From positions 29,203 to 93,202 of the forward strand of contig CAKOUR010000003.1 in the NCBI GenBank assembly GCA_934120635.1: DNA of 64,000 nt. Reading direction: 5' to 3'. The notes under the pieces were generated by a model that saw only the letters and a program-made list of their open reading frames with translations, had not been told where the DNA came from and searched no databases. The first letter of the stretch is position 1. Each line of letters opens with the position of its first letter. Positions 18,937 through 28,093 of the stretch are shown here, one piece after another. The stretch comes from an uncultured Bacilli bacterium (GTDB lineage: Bacteria; Bacillota_I; Bacilli_A; RF39; UBA660). The position numbers and the translations under genes are program-made.

Positions 18937-19995
18937 TTATTTTTTTCTATTTTTATATACTTGTTTACACAACTGGTAAGCCCTTTTTCCTTCTCCTTTT
19001 ATTTTTATTTCTTCTAAATTGGAATATATGTTGGGTAGTTTTATATTAAATTTTTCACATTCTTCTTTTGTTAGTTCTTTAAAAGCAGGACATGGTAGAA
19101 CAGTGCCATCAAATTTTATATCTAGTTTTTCCAAGCCAGCGTTGCATTGGTGCGTTTGCTCATCAAAAAATGGTGTTCCTATTCTTATGTTGCCGGTGTA
19201 ATATTTTTTAGATTGTTCTAATATAGTAAAGAATTCTTTTTTTTCTTTTTCAGATAGTAATAGTTCTTTTTTATTTATTCTTCCTCTTCCTTGAGGGAGA
19301 AAGTTTAAGATACTGATGTTTTGTATTTTGGCTATTTCTAATAATTCTAAGATATCAGGTATTTCTTTATAGTTTAATTTCGTTGGTATAAAGTGGATAT
19401 CTATGTTTATATTAGTTTGAGACGCTCTTATTATGGAATCTAATAGTGCTTGTCTTGATGGTTCTTTTCTTCCCATTATTTTATGATCTGTTTCAGCTTC
19501 ATAAGCTTGAACATCAAATACTATTTTATCTAAACCAATATCATTTAAAGTGTTTAATACTTCTTTACTTATTCCTCCTATTTCGCTTGGATTTAATAAG
19601 TTATTATAATAAGTTCTTATTTTCTCTAATAGAAATTGATTATCTGGTTCGTTTTGTTGTACTTCTTTTATTGCGTTATTGAATTCTTTTAAATAATACT
19701 TTTGGGCTGCATTATTGAGTTTGTTTTTTTTGATTACACCACTAGTAAATATTACTGTTTTTATATGAAGGGATTTTGTATATTTGACCATTTCTATTAA
19801 TTGAGGATGAAGAAATGGTTCTCCACCAGATAGAGATAGTTCTTGTATTCCCCCTGTAGACATAAAGTGGTCGATTACTTTTTTAAAGTTTTCAAATGTT
19901 ATGATTTGTTTTTTGTTACAGTTGGAATTGGAGGAACAAAACATACATTCATTTAAACATTTTTCGATAATTTCAAAGCATAAATCTTTTACCAT
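18937..19995 (-). CDS. Radical SAM protein with twitch/SPASM-like C-terminal cysteine motif
   Basis: CLNECMFC (CxxxCxxC) near the N-terminus, GGEPF SAM motif, C-terminal CNAGLEKLDIKFDGTVLPCP; start moved to ATG 19995, 8 nt after AAAGGAG. Confidence 0.8.
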   Translation of the reverse strand: MVKDLCFEIIEKCLNECMFCSSNSNCNKKQIITFENFKKVIDHFMSTGGIQELSLSGGEPFLHPQLIEMVKYTKSLHIKTVIFTSGVIKKNKLNNAAQKYYLKEFNNAIKEVQQNEPDNQFLLEKIRTYYNNLLNPSEIGGISKEVLNTLNDIGLDKIVFDVQAYEAETDHKIMGRKEPSRQALLDSIIRASQTNINIDIHFIPTKLNYKEIPDILELLEIAKIQNISILNFLPQGRGRINKKELLLSEKEKKEFFTILEQSKKYYTGNIRIGTPFFDEQTHQCNAGLEKLDIKFDGTVLPCPAFKELTKEECEKFNIKLPNIYSNLEEIKIKGEGKRAYQLCKQVYKNRKK

Positions 19996-20168
19996 ATTTA
20001 TTTCTCCTTTAATCATTTATCATTTATTATACACTAAAAATACTTATTTTGTCTTTTCTTTTAATTGATTTACAGTTTTGGTTAAGTATTTTTTGTTAAT
20101 TAAAATTTAGATTGTTTTTATTTTTGTTGAAATAATACTTATTTATCATATAATTTATTGGTGATATA

Positions 20169-20915
20169 ATGAATACTATTGAAATTGCTTTTCTTTTAAC
20201 GATATTAGCAGGATTTTCTACGATGTTTGGATTAATACCTATTTTTTTTAAGATATCTAATATTAATAAATTTATTGCTGGATGTCTTGCTTTTGCTAGT
20301 GGTGTTATGTTTTGCTTATCTATTACTGATTTAATTCCTGAGTCTATTTCGTTAATTCAAAAATATGTTTCTGATTTTGAGACTTTACTTTTGGTTTTTG
20401 GATTTATAATGATTGGGGTATTTCTTTCTTCTTTTATTCGAAAGAAGGTGGATAATGGGTGTAATCAATCTTCTTTATTTAAAGTAGGAATTATTTCAAT
20501 GATTGCGATTGTTTTACATAATATTCCTGAAGGAATTGCTACTTTTATTTCTACAACAAAAAACACAAGTCTTGGTATTTCCTTAGCTATTGCGATAGCT
20601 TTACATAATATTCCAGAGGGTATTTCTATTTCTGTTCCGATTTATTATTCTACAAAGAAAAAATCAAGAGCATTTTTCTATACTCTTGTTTCTGCTTTGT
20701 CTGAACCATTTGGTGCTGTTATTACTTATCTTTTTTTAATGCCTATTATTAATAATTTTATTTTGGGGTTATTGTTTGCTTCTATTGCTGGAATTATGAT
20801 TTCTATTTCTATTTTGGAATTGCTCCCCTCTTCTTTTGAATATTCTTATTTTAATATTTCTAGATGGTGTTTTGGTATAGGAATTGCTTTTATGTTATTG
20901 AAGTTTTTCTTTTAA
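20169..20915 (+). CDS. zupT: ZIP-family zinc transporter
   Basis: 248 aa polytopic; duplicated HNIPEGIA / HNIPEGIS metal-binding motifs. Confidence 0.85.
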   Translation: MNTIEIAFLLTILAGFSTMFGLIPIFFKISNINKFIAGCLAFASGVMFCLSITDLIPESISLIQKYVSDFETLLLVFGFIMIGVFLSSFIRKKVDNGCNQSSLFKVGIISMIAIVLHNIPEGIATFISTTKNTSLGISLAIAIALHNIPEGISISVPIYYSTKKKSRAFFYTLVSALSEPFGAVITYLFLMPIINNFILGLLFASIAGIMISISILELLPSSFEYSYFNISRWCFGIGIAFMLLKFFF

Positions 20916-20916
20916 A

Positions 20917-21267
20917 TTAATGTTTTGGTTTTAAAAATAAGCATAATATAAATGCTGATACTAAGGCAATACTAATTCCAGCGCTGGTTAAGTTAAATGT
21001 TCCGGTGGCTAATCCTAATGGTCCAATTTTTCCTGCAGTATCCATTGCACTATGTATAAGTAAATGACCAAAAGATGTAATAGGAATAATTGCTCCTGCT
21101 CCACAATATAAAACAAATTTGTCATATATTCCAAAAACATCTAAAAATGCGCCTATTACTACAAATAAGGATGTTACGTGTCCTGGTGTAAGTTTAGTAT
21201 TATCTAATATTAATTGTGAAATTAAACATATTGTTCCACAAAATAAAAATGAATTTAAATAAATCAT
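20917..21267 (-). CDS. spoVAE: Stage V sporulation protein AE (SpoVAEB type)
   Basis: 116 aa membrane protein with GAGAIIPITSFGH motif; follows spoVAD with a 4-nt overlap. Confidence 0.85.
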   Translation of the reverse strand: MIYLNSFLFCGTICLISQLILDNTKLTPGHVTSLFVVIGAFLDVFGIYDKFVLYCGAGAIIPITSFGHLLIHSAMDTAGKIGPLGLATGTFNLTSAGISIALVSAFILCLFLKPKH

Positions 21268-22259
21268 TCTACTGCCTCCAAACTTATTGCATGTGCTATT
21301 GCTGGAAGAGATTCTTTTTGAAAATATATAGTAGGAGAAAATAATGCTCCTGTTGGAACGATTAAGACATGTTTTAGCTTTTTTTCTTTTAATTGCTGAT
21401 AAATATAACTAAAGTTTACTAATGCACTACATGCTGGTCCTGAGCCACCTGCTAAAACTGGTTGTTTTTTTATATCATATAGCATTGTTCCACAATCATT
21501 ATATTGTTTAGAAATATCTAAATTATATACTTTTTTTAAATATTCTATTAAAATTTTTTTTCCATATTTTCCTAAGTCACCAGTTAAAATTAAGTCATAA
21601 TAGTCGGGGGTTCTTTTTAAACTTGTTAAATGTTCATATATGGTTTCTGCCGCTGCTGGTGCCATTACTGCTCCCATATGGTTTACATCTTTAGTTCCTT
21701 TATCAATAATTTTTCCTATGGTAGAGGACTCTATTTTTACTTTTGTTTTTTCGTTTGTTAGAAGAATTGCTGCTCCTCCTGTTGATGTAAATGTTGAAGT
21801 TTCTGGTTTAAGGGTTCCGTATTCGGTGGGATTTCGGTATTGTTTTTCTGCTGTCGCATTGTGGCTTACTGTTGATACAATACAATTTTTAGTTTTTTTT
21901 CCTTCGATAAAATTTGCAGCAATAATCATTCCTTCACTACTGGTGGCACAAGCGTTATAAATCCCTAAAAAAGGTATACTTAGTTCTCTTATAGCATAGT
22001 TACTTGATACAATTTGATTGGTTAAATCTCCTGAAATAATTAAGTCAATTTCACTTTCTTTTTTTCTGGCTTTTTTTAATAATATATTAATAGTATCTTT
22101 TAATAATTTTATTTCAGCTTTTTCCCAACTTTTTTCTCCAAAGTATAAATCTTTTGTATAGGTTTTATCAAAATAACTTTTTAAAGGACCGTTAGCTTCA
22201 TATATTCCTGCATAAGTGGATGTTTCTTTGATAAATACATTTTTATAAGTTGTAGTCAT
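21264..22259 (-). CDS. spoVAD: Stage V sporulation protein AD
   Basis: 331 aa thiolase-like; SHNATAEKQYRNPTEYG, MAPAAAETI, DLILTGDLG, IVPTGALFSPT match SpoVAD. Confidence 0.9.
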   Translation of the reverse strand: MTTTYKNVFIKETSTYAGIYEANGPLKSYFDKTYTKDLYFGEKSWEKAEIKLLKDTINILLKKARKKESEIDLIISGDLTNQIVSSNYAIRELSIPFLGIYNACATSSEGMIIAANFIEGKKTKNCIVSTVSHNATAEKQYRNPTEYGTLKPETSTFTSTGGAAILLTNEKTKVKIESSTIGKIIDKGTKDVNHMGAVMAPAAAETIYEHLTSLKRTPDYYDLILTGDLGKYGKKILIEYLKKVYNLDISKQYNDCGTMLYDIKKQPVLAGGSGPACSALVNFSYIYQQLKEKKLKHVLIVPTGALFSPTIYFQKESLPAIAHAISLEAVE

Positions 22260-22261
22260 TT

Positions 22262-22702
22262 TTATCCTCCTATAATTAATATTCTTAATATTCCAAATAA
22301 ATAAACTGCTACTACACCATATAGTAATACTGATCCTGCTAATTTAAATATATTTGAGCCTATTCCTAATATTAATCCTTCGTTTTTATATTCTATTGCT
22401 GCTGATGTTATAGAATGAGCAAATCCTGTAATAGGAATAATTAATGCACTTTTTACTTTTGATACTAAAATATCAAATATTCCTAATGCAGTTAAGATAG
22501 ATGCTACTATTATTAAAGTTAATATAACTAATATTCCTGATTCTTTTCTTGGTAAGTGTAAGAAAAACATATAAAGTTCTAGAAGTATTTCACTAAAAAG
22601 TCCAAGAAGTCCACCTACTAGGAATGCTATTAATCCATTTTTTGCCACTTTTGGTTTAGGAGTATACTTTTTAATAAATTCTTGATATTCTTGATTTTTC
22701 AT
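22262..22702 (-). CDS. spoVAC: Stage V sporulation protein AC
   Basis: 146 aa; AFLVGGL, ITGFAHSITSAAIEYKNEGLILGIGSNIFKLAGSV closely match SpoVAC. Confidence 0.9.
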   Translation of the reverse strand: MKNQEYQEFIKKYTPKPKVAKNGLIAFLVGGLLGLFSEILLELYMFFLHLPRKESGILVILTLIIVASILTALGIFDILVSKVKSALIIPITGFAHSITSAAIEYKNEGLILGIGSNIFKLAGSVLLYGVVAVYLFGILRILIIGG

Positions 22703-22716
22703 ATTTTCACCATTTA

Positions 22717-22745
22717 TAATATGAACTCTTTATTTAAAATTATGT
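22717..22745 (-). promoter_or_regulatory. Candidate forespore (sigma-G/F type) promoter for spoVAC
   Basis: Minus strand ACATA, 17-nt spacer, CATATTA (consensus GHATR-N17/18-CATnnTA); it lies very close to the SD, which lowers confidence. Confidence 0.3.
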
Positions 22746-22778
22746 AAAAAAACAATGAAGTTTATTTTTCTTCATTGT
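22745..22778 (-). terminator. Rho-independent terminator after xre
   Basis: Perfect 9-bp stem ACAATGAAG / CTTCATTGT, 9-nt loop containing the stop codon, followed by TTTTTTT on the minus strand. Confidence 0.65.
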
Positions 22779-23016
22779 CTATTCCTTTTACTAATGTTTC
22801 AAGATTAATTCCTAAAACATTTGCTATTTGAACTAAAGTATCTACTGAGAAATACTTTTTCCCGTTAGGAGCTTCGATTCTTCTTATAAACTCGTGTGAG
22901 TAATGTGCTCTATCGGCGAGTTCTGCTTGTGTAATCTTTGCTTCCTTGCGATATTTTTTGATATTTGCTGCAATAATTTCATAAATATCTTCATTTCTTC
23001 TATGCGTTGTCCCCAT
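22762..23016 (-). CDS. XRE-family helix-turn-helix transcriptional regulator
   Basis: 84 aa; IKKYRKEAKITQAELADRAHYSHEFIRRIE is a Cro/C1-type HTH. Confidence 0.8.
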   Translation of the reverse strand: MGTTHRRNEDIYEIIAANIKKYRKEAKITQAELADRAHYSHEFIRRIEAPNGKKYFSVDTLVQIANVLGINLETLVKGIDNEEK

Positions 23017-23062
23017 TTGTTCATCACCTAATTTTTATTCTCTCACAAAATCAAGTTTTTTT

Positions 23063-23083
23063 ATGTAACCAATTCGGTTACAT
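23063..23083. promoter_or_regulatory. Perfect 8-5-8 palindrome, candidate operator of the XRE regulator
   Basis: ATGTAACC AATTC GGTTACAT, 19 nt after the sigF stop and about 47 nt before the xre start; no U-tract in the minus-strand sense, so not a canonical terminator. Confidence 0.4.
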
Positions 23084-23101
23084 TTTTACCATTTCCTTAT
23101 T

Positions 23102-23782
23102 TTATAAGGGTTTACAAAGGTTATTTTTTAACTTTTTTAGTATTTTTTTCTCATTTCTAGAGATTTGAACTTGATTTGTACCAAAAAATTTAGCTATTTC
23201 GCTTTGGGTTTTATCTTCAAAGTATCTTAAATTGATTAATTCATATTCTTCATTTGTTAATGATTTTAACCCTTCTTGTAAAGAAATGTTTTCAATATAT
23301 TGTTCGCTATCTGAATAATGATCAGCGATTTTATCTAATAAGGTTAATTTTTTACCATCTTCCATAATTACTTCATCGAGACTTTTAACATTGTTTTGGC
23401 ATTTGATAACATCGTTAATTATAGTTTCTTCTATTTCTAAGAAAAAAGAAAGCTCTTTAGTAGTTGGTTCTTTCATTAATTTTTGTGTCAATAAAGTTCT
23501 AGCTTCCAAGATTTTTTTATATAAACTATAATAATCTCTTGATACTTTAATAAGGTTTGACTTTTTAACATATGCTAATACTTCTCCTAAAATATATTTA
23601 TACATATAAGTAGTTAATTTTACATTTTTATTTTTATCAAAACTTTTATATGCTTTCATTATGCCAATTATACTTACTTGATATAAATCATCGAATTCAT
23701 AATATTTGGTATATTTATTAATGATAGAACAGATTAATCCTTTATTTTCTTTAATTAAATTAAGTAATATTGTATCATTCAT
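23102..23782 (-). CDS. sigF: Sporulation sigma factor, SigF/SigG type
   Basis: 226 aa; IKVSRDYYSLYKKI, LTLLDKIAD and region 4.2 DKTQSEIAKFFGTNQVQISRNEKKILKKLK align well to B. subtilis SigF; follows a STAS gene and precedes spoVA as in Bacillus. Confidence 0.72.
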   Translation of the reverse strand: MNDTILLNLIKENKGLICSIINKYTKYYEFDDLYQVSIIGIMKAYKSFDKNKNVKLTTYMYKYILGEVLAYVKKSNLIKVSRDYYSLYKKILEARTLLTQKLMKEPTTKELSFFLEIEETIINDVIKCQNNVKSLDEVIMEDGKKLTLLDKIADHYSDSEQYIENISLQEGLKSLTNEEYELINLRYFEDKTQSEIAKFFGTNQVQISRNEKKILKKLKNNLCKPL

Positions 23783-23818
23783 AAAAACCCTTCTTGCTAT
23801 TATCTAGATATTCCTTTT

Positions 23819-24124
23819 CTAAAGATAAGAAAATACGTCTAATTCTGTCTCAAGATTTGGAAGAAAATTTTGAAATAATCTACTTTTCTTTTGATCATAG
23901 ATAATGAATAATTTTTTCTCTTTTCTAGTTTCTTTAAAATTAGTTATTTCTTTTATTTGATTTACTGAAATTGAATCTAATTTTTTTAGGTTAAATACTA
24001 TTTTTTTAATTCCTAATTCGTCAATTATATTTAATATTTCTTTTATTTTTCTTTCATTATCGTTCCTCCCTATTATTCTTACAAAAAATACTCCTTTTCG
24101 ATATTCTGTACTAATTTTTAACAT
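23819..24124 (-). CDS. spoIIAA: STAS-domain anti-anti-sigma factor, SpoIIAA-like
   Basis: About 101 aa; IVFNLKKLDSISVNQ aligns to IVLNLEDLSFMDSSGLG of SpoIIAA with the serine retained; start set to ATG 24124 after AAGGGTGA (the track uses an upstream GTG). Confidence 0.55.
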   Translation of the reverse strand: MLKISTEYRKGVFFVRIIGRNDNERKIKEILNIIDELGIKKIVFNLKKLDSISVNQIKEITNFKETRKEKKLFIIYDQKKSRLFQNFLPNLETELDVFSYL

Positions 24125-24245
24125 GTAATTCACCCTTTGCTATTTTAATTTATCATATAAATATTGTTGAAGAAAGTAATTCGACAATACTAGTTATTTT
24201 TTTTAATATCTATTATTTGACAAATAATTCTCTTCTAATTATATT

Positions 24246-24271
24246 ATTCTTTGTTGATATAGAAAAATCCT
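24246..24271 (-). promoter_or_regulatory. Candidate sigma-H-like promoter upstream of the spoIIAA-like gene
   Basis: Minus strand AGGATTT (24271-24265) and AAAGAAT (GAAT at 24249-24246); the spacer is about 1 nt longer than the consensus. Confidence 0.3.
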
Positions 24272-24287
24272 TCTTTTTTTAATAAAT

Positions 24288-24317
24288 ATGAAAAAAGAAG
24301 TAACGATAATTACTTCT
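24288..24317 (-). terminator. Rho-independent terminator after holA
   Basis: Stem AGAAGTAA / TTACTTCT (8 bp), loop TTATCG, followed by TTTTTT on the minus strand. Confidence 0.65.
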
Positions 24318-24325
24318 AATGAAAT

Positions 24326-25258
24326 TTATTGTAGAATAAATAATTTTAGGGCTAAGTTTTTGTCCATTATTCCTAATTTTATGTCGTGGTCAATTTTGGC
24401 TAATTTTTTAATGTTTTCTAAGATCATACTTTCAGAATAAGAATAGATTTTTTTAATGCTATATTTTACTCTGTATGGGTTTACTTCTAAAATTTTTGCA
24501 ATTTCTGTTTCTGATTTATTTTTGTTTAATAATCTTTTTACTTGAAATAAAAAATGAAATTGATTAGCTAATAAAAGAATTATTTGTATTTCATCATAGT
24601 TGACATTTAGAAAACTTTCTAGTAAATCTAATGCTTTTTTAGTATTTTTTAAGATAATAGCATCAGTTAGAGAAAATATTTCTTCTTCTAGTGTTTTTGT
24701 TGTTGTTTTTGTAATATCTTCGTTGGTAATTTTTTTTGTTTTTAATGTATACATTTTTAATTTATCTAGTTCATTATCAATATTATTTAAATTTGTTCCT
24801 ACTCTTTCTAGAAAAAAGTTTATGTCATCTATTTTATAATTATCTTCTTTTAATTTATCATTAATATATTTTGTTAAAAATGATTTATCTGCTTTATTTG
24901 CTTCTATTACTTTGTGACTTGCTAATAATTTATTTATTTTTTTTCTAGAATCTAATTTTTCAGCATTACAGATAAAAATTAAATAACTATCAGAATTATA
25001 ATGTTCTATATAGTGTTCTAATTTTTCTAGATTGTCGATTGTTTTATTGGCTCCTAAGAAGAAGCTGTCTTCTAAAATGATGATTTTTTTCTTATTAAAT
25101 AGATCTACAGTTGATGCATCTTCTACTACATCTTCTATTAATGTATTTGACATATCATATTTTATTAAATCTGCATCTTTTAAAGAGTTTATAATTTTTT
25201 TTATTTCATTTTTTATTAGGCCTTTATTTATTCCGTATATTACATAAAAATTTTCCAT
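24326..25258 (-). CDS. holA: DNA polymerase III delta subunit
   Basis: 310 aa; length and N-terminal YVIYGINKGLI...IILEDSFFL pattern typical of HolA. Confidence 0.7.
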   Translation of the reverse strand: MENFYVIYGINKGLIKNEIKKIINSLKDADLIKYDMSNTLIEDVVEDASTVDLFNKKKIIILEDSFFLGANKTIDNLEKLEHYIEHYNSDSYLIFICNAEKLDSRKKINKLLASHKVIEANKADKSFLTKYINDKLKEDNYKIDDINFFLERVGTNLNNIDNELDKLKMYTLKTKKITNEDITKTTTKTLEEEIFSLTDAIILKNTKKALDLLESFLNVNYDEIQIILLLANQFHFLFQVKRLLNKNKSETEIAKILEVNPYRVKYSIKKIYSYSESMILENIKKLAKIDHDIKLGIMDKNLALKLFILQ

Positions 25259-25259
25259 A

Positions 25260-26156
25260 TTATTGTCCTAATCTTTCTTGACATGAGTAGCCATCTGCTT
25301 TCTCTCTTGATAATGCTTCTTCGTAATTTGTTGGCTTGTTATAGCTGGAATCTACTATTGTTTTTAAATTTGTTTTAAATATATTATTTTCTTCATCTTG
25401 AGAAAATGAACTATTTTTTTCATCTTCTTCTATATATTTGTTAAAAGTTCCGTTTTGGATAAAATCTTGGTAAGAGTCTTTAGATGAAAATTGGTATTCT
25501 TTTGTTCTTTCAATATATTCTAGGTTTTCTTGGAGAGAAAAATGATAAGTATTTTCTTCTTTTATTTTTGCATCTAGAGTATTGCTTTGATATTCTTTAG
25601 TACAAATAAATGTTTTAATGCTATCTTTTACTTCAGTTGTCTTATCGTTATTTTTTGTCATGAAGAAATAAATACTTCCGCCTATTAAAATAATTAATAA
25701 AAGAAAAGTTATTTTGTGAAAAATTTTTTTCTTAGGCTTTATACTTTGGTTTTCTATTTCTTCCTTTTTGGGTTTAGGTATAGTTAAATTAATTAAGCTT
25801 TTTAAAACATCTTCTTTTACTTCTATTTTATTTGAACCAATAATTTCTATTTCTTCAATTGAGTCTAAAGAAATAAATTCAAAATCTTTAGTTGGTTCTT
25901 GGTTTATTATTTTGAAGATATATTCTTTAACTATTTCTTCTTCTTCTTTTTTTGTGGTTGCTAATGATAGTATTGAATTATTCTTGATATAACTACTTCC
26001 ATAAGAAATATAATTATATGTTGGATTTGGATCTGAATAAATGATATATAGATTATTGTTCTTAGTATATTTAAAAACTCCGTATACATTAACATATCTA
26101 TCGGTTGCTCCAAAAGTTAAATTATATTCTACTACTTTTAATACTTTTCCGTTCAT
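25260..26156 (-). CDS. Hypothetical single-pass membrane protein (298 aa)
   Basis: Central TM ITFLLLIILIGGSIYFF; ends 2 nt before holA; no family recognised. Confidence 0.55.
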   Translation of the reverse strand: MNGKVLKVVEYNLTFGATDRYVNVYGVFKYTKNNNLYIIYSDPNPTYNYISYGSSYIKNNSILSLATTKKEEEEIVKEYIFKIINQEPTKDFEFISLDSIEEIEIIGSNKIEVKEDVLKSLINLTIPKPKKEEIENQSIKPKKKIFHKITFLLLIILIGGSIYFFMTKNNDKTTEVKDSIKTFICTKEYQSNTLDAKIKEENTYHFSLQENLEYIERTKEYQFSSKDSYQDFIQNGTFNKYIEEDEKNSSFSQDEENNIFKTNLKTIVDSSYNKPTNYEEALSREKADGYSCQERLGQ

Positions 26157-26211
26157 TTTACACCTTCCATTCTTATGATATTATAGCAAAAAAAAGAAGT
26201 TCTTACAACTT

Positions 26212-28005
26212 TTATAAACTTCTTTTGAACATTTTTTCTAATTCATAAATTGTAAATTCGATAATTGTTGGTCTACCATGTGGACAATTAAAAGGGTTGT
26301 TACAGTTTCTTAATTGAGAGATAATACTTTCCATATCTTCTCTTGTTATTCTAGTATTTGCTTTTATACTTGCTTTACATGCTATAGTAGCGGCTAAGTG
26401 ATCTCTAAATTTAGCTAAATCAAAGTGATTTTCTTCTTTAATAATTTGTTCCATAATATTTTTTAATATTCCCTCTGTATTATTTTTAGGAAACCATGTA
26501 GGATGAGAAGTAACTCGAAATGAACTTGTGCCAAACTCTTCTATTTCGATATTTAATTCTTCTAAGATATGAATATTTTTTTTGATTATTAAAAATTCGT
26601 TCATGGGTAATTCTATTACAATAGGAATTAGTGTATTGATGGAATTTTTACTTGGATGAGAAAGTAAATAGGAATATTTTTCATAGTTAATTCGTTCTTG
26701 AGCCGCGTGTTGATCTATTAAATATACTCCTTTTTCATTTTCACAGATAATATAAGTTCCTAATGCTAATCCAATGGGATATAATTCAGGAAGTTTATCT
26801 TTATCTGATTGGACTTCTTCTATATAAGTATTATTTTCTACATTAGTTAATTCTTCTAATTCTTCATTTTCTATTTCTTTAAAGTTAATAAGATTAGATA
26901 GTCTATTTTTGTAATCATCATCTATGTTATCTTCTTTTACTAAATTTCTTTCCAAGTTTAGAGATAAATTTTGATATTTTGAAGGGCTTTCTTCTTTTGC
27001 TGTTTCTATTTTTGGGATAAGTAATTTTCTTTGAATAGTTGTAATAATCATATTGTGAATTAATTCTTTTAAGTCTTCGAAGTTTCCGAATTTGATATCT
27101 AATTTAGAAGGATGGACATTTACATCAATTAAAGATGGATCTGTTTTAATGATTAAGACTGTTATAGGATATCTGGTATCTTCTTTGAAACTGCTGTAAG
27201 AATCATTTATTGTTTTATTTAAGGCGGCGTTTTTAATTACTCGGCCATTTACAATAGTTGTCATATAATTTCTACTAGCACGATTAATTTCTGGCATAGA
27301 GATATATCCTTCTATACTGTAATCTTCGTTTGCTGCTTTAATAGAGAGCATTTTTTTTGTAATGTCTAATCCATAAATTGCTTTAATTACTTTTAGTAAA
27401 TTTCCTGATCCATCTGTATTTAATAGTTCTTTTTCATCATTGATTAATAAAAATTTTACTTTATTGTAAGATAAGGCCATTTTGTTTACATAATCCGTGA
27501 TTGCAGCTAGTTCTGAGTAAATACTTGATAAATGTTTTAATCTTGCTGGTGTGTTATAAAATAAGTTACTTACTGTAATACTAGTTCCTGTTCTTTCTTC
27601 AGCTTTAGTATTTTCTAAAAGTTGTCCACCTTTAATGTGAATTAGTGTTCCTTGTTCATCTTGACAAGTTTTTAATATTACTTCACTAACTGAAGCGATT
27701 GATGGTAAGGCTTCACCTCTAAATCCTAATGATGAGATATGAAATAGGTCATCTGCATCATATAATTTGCTTGTAGCGTGTCGTTGGAAGGCTAGTAAGG
27801 CATCTGTACTACTCATTCCTATTCCATTATCAATTATCTTAATTTCACGAATTCCAGCTTCTTTTAATTCTATTTTAATTTCCGTTGCTTTAGCATCAAT
27901 GGCATTTTCTACTAATTCTTTTACGATAGAAACACATTTTTCTACTACTTCTCCTGCTGCTATTTTATTTGCAAGGAGTTCAGACATTACTTTTATTTTA
28001 TTCAA
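26212..28005 (-). CDS. mutL: DNA mismatch repair endonuclease MutL
   Basis: 597 aa; GHKL ATPase N-terminus (IAAGEVVE, ELVENAIDA, DNGIGM), endonuclease motif DQHAAQERINYE and CPHGRP. Confidence 0.95.
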   Translation of the reverse strand: MNKIKVMSELLANKIAAGEVVEKCVSIVKELVENAIDAKATEIKIELKEAGIREIKIIDNGIGMSSTDALLAFQRHATSKLYDADDLFHISSLGFRGEALPSIASVSEVILKTCQDEQGTLIHIKGGQLLENTKAEERTGTSITVSNLFYNTPARLKHLSSIYSELAAITDYVNKMALSYNKVKFLLINDEKELLNTDGSGNLLKVIKAIYGLDITKKMLSIKAANEDYSIEGYISMPEINRASRNYMTTIVNGRVIKNAALNKTINDSYSSFKEDTRYPITVLIIKTDPSLIDVNVHPSKLDIKFGNFEDLKELIHNMIITTIQRKLLIPKIETAKEESPSKYQNLSLNLERNLVKEDNIDDDYKNRLSNLINFKEIENEELEELTNVENNTYIEEVQSDKDKLPELYPIGLALGTYIICENEKGVYLIDQHAAQERINYEKYSYLLSHPSKNSINTLIPIVIELPMNEFLIIKKNIHILEELNIEIEEFGTSSFRVTSHPTWFPKNNTEGILKNIMEQIIKEENHFDLAKFRDHLAATIACKASIKANTRITREDMESIISQLRNCNNPFNCPHGRPTIIEFTIYELEKMFKRSL

Positions 28006-28093
28006 AATACTTCACTCTTTCTTTTTTTTCTATGTTAATTATATCAAATTAAGGGTTGTTTCTCAAGAAAAAAGACAAGTAATTTTAACTGTA

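Noticed and set aside
23783-23818. A hidden or decayed spoIIAB between the STAS gene and sigF
   Set aside because: The gap is only 36 nt. Both flanking ORFs are full length with their own SDs, so no remnant can be accommodated.
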